Positions 37,300 through 49,200 of a DNA stretch of 64,000 nucleotides are shown piece by piece (the stretch's first letter is position 1; each line of letters begins with the position of its first letter). The stretch covers positions 3,162,001-3,226,000 of the forward strand of contig NW_027271115.1 in the NCBI RefSeq assembly GCF_040938485.1, read 5' to 3'. The translations under genes and the position numbers were made by a program. The notes beneath the pieces were generated by a model. It was not told the origin of the DNA, ran no database searches, and was given only the letters and a program-made list of their open reading frames with translations. Origin of the DNA: Diadema antillarum (lineage: Eukaryota).

Positions 37300-40200
37300 C
37301 TACATGTCATCATAAGCGTCATAATCGTGGTGGAAGTTCATGGACATGCCGTTGACTGTAGGAACAAGAATGAAGCAAGGATATAAGATGCATTTACTGG
37401 AGGAGTTTGGCATGCACGCTATACAAATGATTCACACCATAATTTACAGGGAATATGTTTGGAATGATAATTGTTGTAAGTCTGATTAAAGAACCACTTT
37501 ACATTATCATTAAAACAGAGAGTGATACTGAGTGATAAATGACATGCACTGATATCTCATTATCAATCCGCATGAATTCCTTTAAATTACAAAGTGCTAA
37601 TGTCAGACTCATTATTTACGATTCATTCTAACAGAGTATTTCATCTATTCTTGAAATGAACTATCACTGTCTATCTCACTGCAACATAATTATAGATAAG
37701 GGAGTCATAACCTGGTAATGCACTACAAAGTACAATGTAGGCATTCCAAAGAATCCACAGCACAACAAATAATACAGAATTACATTATCATACCAATACA
37801 CAAAAATAAAATATATAATACTTAGTATACATGAGAACAACGGAAGGATATATACAGATATGTTTCCCTTGGTTGAATAAGATGATCCAACATGCCATGT
37901 GAATAGTGATTAATATGCTCATGCTGCCCTTTCATGTGTAAAAGTCTATAACAATGTATATGTATATTGCATTATAAAAACACATATTTTCCTCCTCATG
38001 CAACCATGCCTTTAAGTAGTAAATGTACATGTAGGTGAGTATGCATGCAGGGGCACTTTGTGAAATAAGGGTAGTTAAAAAGTGTGGACTATCCTTTCTA
38101 TTAGCATAAGAAGAAGACAAGGACAAAAACAAATAAAATACATTGTACATGTATCACAAACACGACTGAGACATGAAAAAGGTTTTGAGAAGCGAGGCAT
38201 GCAAGTACAATGTAGTCCCCATGGGCATGGCATGCAAACATGCTAGCATGCATGTACAGACACCAGAAACTATCTCAATCTTCGTCTCTGGTGAAGGATC
38301 AGCTTCAAAACATGGCAGATGTCACACGTCCCGTCTTGCTGCTGAAATCAAATGCTGCCTGATCATAGATTTGCTCCAAAACTTTGGCAACTCAGGTAGG
38401 CAAAACAGAATTTTTACAAGACACTCGAGTAGGGGATCAATTCCAGTAAACGGTATAGCAGTCAGATCCCTGCATGTTACAAAATCACTGTTCTGTTTGC
38501 TTTAGTAATCCCTGCCAATCTATGCGATATTTCATATGTATACAGCAAAAAGAAACCAGAACATGCAATAGCTGCACAATGCCTATTAGGCCAGGCCCCC
38601 CCCCCCCCAATTTAACCATGCTTTGTCAAATTTCTTCATCACTGATTTCAAATCAATTGAGATTCACACGTAGATTGACAGTAAAGTAGATAGGCCTGGG
38701 AAGCAGTCACCATTTTAAGTACCAGGTACTATAACAATGCTCTGTGTTGAAAAATCAAAATACTTTAAGAATCTATTCGGGTTTCTTTGATAAGTTAAAA
38801 TTGTATATCTTCCTAAAATGCAAATATATATTACGCAAATGTCACATTATAACCCTAAATACATTGCTCGCTGATAATCTCCTATCCTATGCTATGCGGA
38901 GAAAAGTGCAGTTTGTTGTCAAATTGAGACCAGTTTTCCCCATATTTGATCTGAACATTTTGAGCACATTCTCGGACCTTTGCACATCTTGCATATGCTT
39001 GATCCATAAGTTTGCTTTTATTTTTCACCTGCATGCTACTTTACATCATGCTGGTCACATCTCAACCAGCACAATGGTTGCCACATCTTCAAATATCTGA
39101 AGTGGGTATAATGGTGATTGTTACAAAAAACCTCGCATGACATACGAACGAAAACAGACATAAAGGCACAAGATTCTATAATACTTCACATACATGTATA
39201 AGCACTATTGAATGCAATGGAATATGAGCATTTAAATCTAGTCTTTTCATTTATATACACAACAGTATTGTTGTAGTAACATTCACATTGCATTAAAAGA
39301 ACAGAAAGAAAAGAGGCATCGTCAAATTATGACAAAAGAAATTACTGGAAGGAAAAGCAAAGGGAAATTTTACAGATCAGCATGCACTGAGAGAACAGAG
39401 ATACTGCCTGTGCGGATGGAGGATAAGGAATTTTGAGCAGTGTTATACATAGCACACTGCTGCTGTTATAAGAGTCAGTCTGTTATGTGGTTAAAATAAT
39501 GATACTGGAGAATTAATGATGCTCTTTTGATTCAACATTAGCTGTGTACCACATGACAACATGCCAAGTAGAAAATCATGTCTAGTTCCATGTCTCCCTT
39601 CTACAGAAGTAAATCATTTCAAGAATCTAGGCCATTTCTTATCCAAGAGAAAGGACTGTTTTTCACTGGTGCTTTTTTTTTTCTTTCTTTCTTCAAGGAA
39701 TGAATTGTAACTGTTTGAATTCACTAGTTCTTAGTGTTTGTTATGCAATGCATTTTGGCATTCATTACACTCATGTGTAAAAGGACACTAGAAATTTAAT
39801 TTCCATATGATATTTTCTTTCTTTTGCTTTTGTTTCCTTGAGGGAGGAGGAGGAGAAAGAAGAGTAGATGGGGAATGACTTTACAGAGGTGACATACTTA
39901 CATCGCTTTCAAAAGAAAATGGTTCCAAAATTACGAAAACTCAACCACATGCATTTTTCATGCATGACTGCTCTTAACTGAATTCTATATCAAATTATGT
40001 CTGAGGAAGTAGCGATGGCAAATGTCAGTGAGTGTGCAAAAGTTTTGGTTTGATGAGATGGGGTAGGATCATGGGCAGAAGGTCGACCTCGCTTTAAAAC
40101 TGAACGATTTTCTTCCCTGATATCTAAAGGGCAATTCTGAAGAAAATCCTGAAATAAGACTTTGTCTAGAGACTGAACATCAAACAACACCACGTCGTCA

Positions 40201-43200
40201 AAGTCTTGATTTATATCGTCTTGATTAATCAAGCTCAAATTTTTGAAGGTATACAGCAGAAATTTATGACAGCTGCTTCAGGGAAAGAAATCATTCAGTC
40301 TTGAAACTAAGACACAGCCATGCTACCCACGATGCAACAGTGCAGTCATTCACAGCGCCTTACGCTTTTTTATTTTGCAGGGGGGATGACACACACAGCG
40401 ACTTTTCAGAGATCTATATACGAGAGAGAAATGGTATACCTTGTGTGACGGCACAGAAAAAGACTGCTCAACAGTGAATTTTATGACTAAAAATCTAAGA
40501 GACAGGGATAGAGTAAGATCAGAGGACGGATATATGAACATAGAAAGAGAGAGAGAGAGAGAGTTCGAGAGTTCAAGTGACCGTGAGAGACGCAACTTTC
40601 TGAATGAATCTGTTCAACTAGACAAAGTGTTGACACAACATATACAACCAGTCATTTGATGTTATGACAGTTCAACAGTGAAATTTTAGAGAAACTTAAA
40701 TGATATGCGAACATGAATATGGGATACGACCTTAGATAACAGACGTATTATGCTAGTGTAAAGATGACATGTTATATGATATACAGAGAATCTGTTCTAC
40801 CTAGCCCTTACGTTGTCTTCTTTAATGATTCACATGGCCCAAATTCATTTGAAAGGGTAATCAGATTTAAACAATCAAGGCTTCAATATGTTTGTTTTGT
40901 GCCCTTTTGCAGATTCATATGCTCAATTTCCAAGGAAATACACAGAGCTAGTATGTCAGAGAGTTAAGATCAAAGCTTAGAATCATAGGAAACACAACTG
41001 GACAATGCAAAATGTGACATTAGAGTCAAGCATGCAGTAATCAAACATTCAAGAGCAACAAGAACTGCTGGCTATCACAGTGTTATCATATATACGGTAA
41101 CTAGTAATCTAGAGATATGTTTATGATTAGTAGAAAGATCTGTACCAGTAAAGGACTATCAATTCACTTTCAATTTTCAATTGTTTAAACTTTGCTACTT
41201 CTTTTTTTTTTTAATTAGATGAGCATCATGATGCATAATCCCAAGCTACAATTAGGAGATATTGGTACTAAATGATTGTACAAAGACAACAGTTCAGAGC
41301 CGACATAAGGCTTGTGATTGGTGCTAAATTCGAAGGGCATGTCATTAAATGAACACCAATTAAACAAGGTTTATAAAAGCACTTAATTCTCCATTCATAC
41401 TGGTATAGTGCAAACACATCATTAAAACGTATTTGCACTACATGTCTGCTAAACAGTTATTGAGAACTTAAAGATCGGGGAATCTGGCTGCCAGTGTTGG
41501 CAAATGAGCAAACTTTGCCAAGACTTCGCACTCTCAAACTTTGCGATTTTTTGCCAGTGTGACCGCAGCTACTTGTCTTGTCTCTTACAGTGTTTGGGAC
41601 TAAGATTCCTTCAGACAGTCTCAAAAGTATCCTACACTGAGATACACCAAGTAGCAAGAGGAAACTGTCAGTAAATACACATGCAATCAAAATATTTTGA
41701 GAAAGCAATATCCAAAAATATGTTTAAACCATAAATTTTGGAAAAGTGATGAGAACACCTTTCAAAGTGTGCTACTAATTGGTGTTTCACCAAAACAATG
41801 TCCGCCTCAAACGTAGCACCTTTCAAGCTCCCGAATGCAATGGTTGTCAGTATACATGTATTTCCAAATTATGAATGCAATTTGAAATAGCTTTTCTATA
41901 TTATATATTCATATATCATGTATGAATAATCTATTCACATGAATGATGTCTCACTGGACAAAAATCCTGTTCAAAATGCATACTGCTAAAAGGGCTGCCA
42001 ACCTCTATCAAAAAAATTGTGTACTTCTGCACAGAAAAAAAAACAACAACAACTGTGGGAAAAATTATATCATTTTGATTTTATTAAAATGGAAATATTA
42101 CACACACTGCATACAGAATAATAGTTTAAAAAAAAAAAACCTTAAAACACACTTTACATTTACTTCTCTTTTTTCTAATGAGAGGCAAAATCATTTAACA
42201 GCCCCTATTGGCTTATTTCTAATGATTAGAAAATTAATTAAAAAGCACACACACACCATAATGTTCTTATTTCTATTGAGAAACACGCACACACACAAAA
42301 AACTATCACAAAGACAACTAGTTGGCAGCTATAAGGGTGGGGCTAATGCACTGAACTCTACTAGTGGATTGGGCGTACGTGCGCAGTGCACAGAAAGATG
42401 GCGTCTGCCATTTTGAGACTCCCACACCAAGAAGCGAGCATGCGCTGGCCCCGCTCACTTCTGTTTATGGTGTAGACCAGAGTATTATAGAAGCAGACGC
42501 AGCGAACTTTTGAAACGGAAATCACTGTGGTGGGAATTGGTCTCAAAATGGCTGCGGTGGCTTCATAAATGCGTGCCATTTAACAGTGATGCGGGCTGAG
42601 CTCATAATAGCCTATCAGCCACTAGTAGGTTGTCCTGCGCATATACGCCCGTTCAATACAGTAGGGTTCAGTGGGCTAAGGAGTTATCTAAGACACCATT
42701 CTAAAATTGTGTGAGTGAGAGATGGAGAGAGGAAAGCAAAAGAGAGGGTGAGAGAGTTAGGGTATTCTTCCATCAGGACTTACCTGGTTCATTGCGCCTG
42801 GAATCCAGCTCGGATTTTAATCTCTCCACTTCTGATTTCAGTTTAGTGTACTCCTAACAAATGATGACAAAATCAAATAGTGTGAATTTAATCAGCTATT
42901 GGCATGTTGGTACTCCCTCACAGTGTAAGAAGAATGAGTAAGTTTCCATAAAGTTTGGCTATTTGCAAAATTTCTCCATGGATATCAACTGAGTTTGACA
43001 TCAATGCGTCATTTGTTATTGGGGATCATAAACATACCAACCTCTTCTTCAAACGTCTCTTGATATCTCCACATTCACTTATGTAATGTTTCACAGTATT
43101 GTACGTTTTGATTGGCACCAAAATTCCTGTCGTTTATTTTTCACTCATTGATCTAATGTCACTTCAATCCTTACCTTCTGTGCAATCTGTTTCTCATTGA

Positions 43201-46200
43201 TGGCACTTTCATGAATTGCCGCAATAGATGCATGAATAAACAAATTTGAGGTTGAATCCACCAGCCTCTATTCAAGCACAGAATCGTAACAGAGGATGAT
43301 TTCTGAAAGCCTTTAATATATGAGATATTAGGGTTGATGATGGTATATACCAAGAACCTCTAAACCTTTACAATACAAGGCAGTTGCATAAAAGGAACCT
43401 CACCACTAATCCCCAGACAAGCAGTGCTGTAGCATTTTTTCAAAAATCATATTTTGGGGTCATCCATTTCACCTCGTCATTTTCACAACTCCTAAGCTTG
43501 CTGGCTGAATGTTGTTTCCTTGCCTTTAAACACAATGTTTTGTGGACTCCCTGTTTTTTGGGTTTTTTTTCCCCACTACTGTAAAATGAGTAAGGGTCAC
43601 CTCTTTGCACATGTCCAGCGAGGTGAAGTCATCGACACTGCGGTCAGTCTCCTGCTTGATTGGAATCGGCTTGACCTTCGGGTCTCTCACCAGGCCGGCT
43701 GATTCCAGGATCTTGTGCAGCATCTTGTCATAGCCCTTCACGAGCGTTAGAGGTATGGGGTGTTAGAGAAGAGGTAATCAATCAAGCATGTCAAATTAGA
43801 GTGAGATTCTTGAGTGAGACACTGCAAGGGAGTGGAGTTATACAACCAAGAAGGGGGGGGGGTGGTGGTGGTGTGGAAGGGGGTGTCTCCCCTACTACAA
43901 ACATTCCCACATCCAAATCAGGGAGATTCCACACAGCAATCAGGGGGATATCTGTGTGGTACATGCATTTCAGTGGGAGAAAATAATTCCCAAATCAGGG
44001 AGATTTTATTATTCTCTTGTTCAGACATGAACAGATTTTGACATTTTCAGGGAGACTTCCTGCAGAATCAGGGAGATTTGGCAGCTCTGCAGTAGGGAAC
44101 TTTGACAATCTATTTTACATTTTAAATGGTGAAATTTGGCGCATACTTTAGTCATGATTTCACGACATACATGGAGTGGGTGCGCCTGCAGGAAAATCAA
44201 CAAACTTTGAGCTTGGGCACGTCGAATATCAGAGATTTTGGAGACTTTTTTTTTTTTACTTCTAACTTTAGGGGCTTAGCGCGAGAAATTGGTAATCAGA
44301 GGAAGACAGTTCTAATTGGGTAAATTACGTGAGTCTCGCACTGATTGGAGGAGTTTGCAGGCCTGCTATCATGACACCAGTTCAATCAACTCAACTAATT
44401 TCGATGAAAAGTCACAACGGCATTTTTAATTGTAGTTTCTTCTGGCTGGCCAGTAAATGACATCATTCTAAAAAAACCCAGAAAGTTTAGCATTGGAATT
44501 AAGACCCTGCCGTGACACACGGGTCGACCATGAACAATAGTTAGCATTACCTTCTTTGTGATCTCCTCTCTGTATAATCTTGATTCTAGAACATTCCACT
44601 CTTCCTGTAACTCTACACTCAGTATTGGATACACTGCGATGGATATAACAAGTCATAAAAGAGAAGATTGATACGAGGGCAGAGAGAAAACAATGAACAA
44701 AATGAATGAAAAAACATTGGTACATTAAAGGAGCTAACTAAAATGTCATTGTTTACTTTCATTACTGAAGAAAATCAGTAAATCTTTTTTAATTTTTTTT
44801 TTCCTATTCATTCTAATACATTTAATTTTCTTTATGGTGTCACTTTGGTACAACTGCTATTCATAATATCTATCCCTTCAATCTAGAAATGACAATTATA
44901 TCATAACCGCAGTTGTCTGTAGCTGATGAGGAGATTTGAACTGACCATATGTTTTCAAAAATCTGAAGAAGCTATAGTGTCACAACAAATCGTCCCTGAA
45001 ATGAAAAGATTTCTTATCTCAATTGGCATATATATTTCAAAAAACCTCCAAACTCAATTTTGATTTGAGCTTTGAAACATTACAAATCATTAATGTAATC
45101 CAAAACAATGTCTATACCCTATTTCACATCGACATTAACGTTACTTTGCAAAAATGTTGCAAAAATGAAAAAGTCTTTTGGCTCTCCTGAAAATACATGA
45201 TTTTTTAGATACAAAGTGTCTTCACAACAGGGACTATATAGCATCTTAATTTACGGTGATGTGGACAAAATAATCATGCATAATTGCCATGTCAGAGCTA
45301 CAATACACTCATATTGGTAATTTTTTCAGTTTCATGTAATGGAGCAATGGTTGCCATGGTTACCTAATAATGAGTGATTATGGCAAACAAGCGGCGATTT
45401 GAAGATCATCAGATATTCACACGTATGAGGCTCTCCAACACTGGCTATTTCATGCTTAGTACCACACTTTAGCTGTACCTATGGGGGGTCAAAGTTCAAG
45501 AAAGGATAGAGGTCAGGAGGGTGGAGAGAGAAAGGATATAAATGATACATTTATGTTTGAAGATTTTAAAGGTGGGATAAGACTGAGAGAGGCTTGTAAT
45601 CACAAAAGAATTTCATTCACTGGAAGGTTACGATATTACATCCATTCTGTGATTGCAAAAACAATTATGATGAGCGCAGATGCCCCATTCTTGTGGTTTT
45701 TTTAATAAATAATCAAGCTGGGTAGACAGTTTTCACTGATGCATATTACATGTTTCATATGGATATCATGATGAATTGAACGATGTACGTCTGGCAAATA
45801 CAGAGTAGCAAGCTATTGCTGCAAGCGAATGCTATTCTGAAGACTGAACACTGACATTTACCTGAAAAAAAAATAAACCAAACATGATGTATACACAAGT
45901 CATGAACTTTCCACGAAATTTGAAATTGGTCATCAATATTTGCAAGCATGACTACAGAAAATACTCTGAAGATGAATATACAACAAAAAAAAAATCCCTT
46001 TCTCTTTAAGGTTTTAATTCAGACAGATATTTGATTATCATATCTATTTTTATATTTACTTTCTCATAAGAACTGAAAGTGAATGACAGAAATGATTTGA
46101 TTAGCATGCAGCAGAGAAACTGAAAAGCTGCACCCTTTTATGGGCAATATAAGAACAGAGATTCATACTCACAGTTACTTGTCTATTTTTTTGCCCACAC

Positions 46201-49200
46201 TCGTCTCCATTTCTGAAGATCATCGATTGGAATGTGTTGTTGGCAACACCCCACTCTTCATATATTCTGTGAGTGCAACAAGAGATGACGAACACCATGG
46301 CATTAGACACATTTGCAAATTTGCATTTCTAGTCTTACTGGTCACTATAGACTCTTTATACTTTTTAATCTGGGCAATCTCCAAAATGTTTTAATCTGCC
46401 CTCTCTATCCTGTCCCATTTTAAAATAGTCTTGGAAACGATGTCAAAAATCAAATGTGAGGGCAACATGATCCCTAATCAGACAGAAAAAAATAAAAGTA
46501 CTATAATTGCAGCATTATTTGTCCCAAAAACACCAATCACATCACTTGACTATTTACCCTGTCCAACATATAATTTACATCTTTTAGGCTTTACTTTACT
46601 GACAGGAACTGGTTTGTTTACTTATTTAATCATATTTTTTCTTTCTTTCTTTTTAGGAGGGGGTGAGAAGTCATAGGGAAAAAGCCTAGTTCTGAGAATT
46701 TTGTCATTGATGACATATAACATTTAGTTTGCTTGGAACAATGTAATGTGACTGCAATGCTCCATATGTCTTTTGTGTTGCATTACATTTGAATGCAACG
46801 AATGGCAGCTTTGTACATCCTAGAATCACTTCAGGGAAATTTATGATTAAAGAATCATAGGAATTGGCTCTTCAATGTGAAAGTTTTTTATAGTGTCTGA
46901 TGACACAATAAAGATAAAAGCAAAACCTCTTATGTGTCATAGGTATTATTTTGCTGTACAGAGATATTACACCACGAGAGAATAAGAGTATTTACACATT
47001 TAAATAACAATGATGTCAAGGCACTTTCTTACCCTAGAATTCCACTGTATGGGTTCCATCTTAAGCTCTGCTCATGTTGTGTGACATTTTGAAATGGACA
47101 AAGCTCATACTTGTAACTGTCGTGTAAGCAAAGAGAATCACACCAATCTGACATTAGTAAGGAAAAACTGTGTAAAAGTGTCAATACCAGCTACAAGACT
47201 TTTTTTTTAAAAATCACAGACTAATACAGCAAAAACTGGTCATATGAATAAATTTCTTACTCATAAAACTGGCATAAGTCAAATACAATTTACAATTATG
47301 TTGACGACCAAAAACTTCTGGGAATTTGTCTACATCCAAGATAAAACACACCAAGAGTTGTGTTAAGTGCAGATGAAGACACTGCAGTGTAGCTCAAAGA
47401 ATAATATTAACACAAATAACACAATATCAAATACTCCAAAGGTTGCAAATAACTATGACAGACTTAAATGTGCATTTGCTTTGTCTTAAGATATTTCAAG
47501 ATTCTTGCAAATGTTCTTTCTACAGCACACTGTAATTAGTTGGCTCTGCTAAAATGGACAAGGTCTTTTCAATCTCATTGTTCATCATATTGGTGTTTGG
47601 ATGTATGTGAAGAAAAGAAAAGGGGCGATTTTACTCACTTTGCTTCTACCTTTGAAAAACACCTTCCAAGTAGGCGCCGTAAATGAGGAGGACCTGCAGT
47701 GGAATGTATAAAACATAAGTATGTTAGTTCAAAGGTCACATAACACTGACAGTTGAGGTCATGTTATATTGAGCTCACAAGAAAATCTGTAATAGTGCAT
47801 GTTAGTATGCACAGGATATCAACATTTCAACAGTCATTTTGCAACATCACAGGTTAATGATTAGCGACATTATCAATGAAAATAAACCTTCTTACTCCAT
47901 GGCATCATTTTATTTCCACAAAAGAATAATACGTGCTGAAATGTTACACTTGCTAACCATGTTGCAAACCACCACTGATGGTGAATACATACAGTATGTG
48001 GTGGAAATTTATTCATCTTACCTGAAAAATTGGATGCTTGGACTTTTGGGACAAGAACTTTTGGCTGTGATGGAGCATTCCACTGCTGATTTCTGCACGT
48101 ACAATAAAATCAAATAAAATGGTTTAATCCAGAGTATGCAATGTAAATGCTTAGAATGTGAAGTGCAATAATGTTAAAGATGGCTAAACATACAAGTAAG
48201 TTAGCAACAAATGTACAGTATTAGCAAACAACAGCAAACATCAAAGGAGAACTTTCAGCATAAAAACAAATTTATCTGTCATCCCTATTCATTACCTACA
48301 TATTCAAATCTTAATCTGTCCCAATGGCATACTTCATACACTTCCCCGTTGTTGGTATTTACATTGGCATTCAATAATGAATATATTCCATGGTTTGTAT
48401 CAAACAATACTGTACATTAATTCTCCTTACTATTGTAATATTTTTCTCCTACACTGAAAAGAAGCAAAAAGGATCTTCAAGGGACTGTACAGTACTGGCT
48501 GAGGTGAGGATTCAGCTTGTAATGTTTTGCAAGTTATTTAGAAAATACTCTAAGAAATGTACAAGAGCATACAATTCTACGGGAAATCAATAATTTATTT
48601 GATGAAAATCGGTTTGAAATGACTGAGATATCCAAAAACAAGGTAAAACAAAGAGATCCTAATAAAGGTCATGGCCTGTCAATTTTATTAGGATCGTTAG
48701 GTCTCAACCAACACTATGCAATGCCTTTAACATTCTACTTGTACATCAATGCATTCAGAAAGTGCAAACATGAGAATTTGACAAACACTTTGGAGGTAAA
48801 AACTTCACAAAGAGCAAATCTACTCATCTCACCCAAGATTAATTGGCTCCTCAACAAGTCTCATGCGAATCTCTTCACTGAAAACTGCACCTGCACAGAG
48901 TAAAAGAGTCATATTTTATGCATTAAAATTACATATATGTACAAACAAAATGTCTACTACACGGGATCTTGAGCAATAAAAGTTTGCACACAAATTTCCA
49001 TGTCCTGAACTATATACTGTAAAAGAGAATTCAGCTCAACAAACATGCTATTTTAGAATGAAAGCAATGGCATGAGGCATGCGCAAAGGACAGGAAAATA
49101 TCTAGTACGGTAATGGACCAAGAAGAAGTGACGACTGAGTGAGAGATTACAACAGCTGTGTCTGGTGTTGTATTCAACATCATGCTTGAGATTAGCTTTA

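Noticed and set aside
37021-38390. Duplicated element as tandem SECIS elements or a miRNA pair
   Set aside because: No AUGA/GA quartet flanking a helix, no in-frame TGA in the gene models, and the stem around the core is too imperfect for a typical pre-miRNA.
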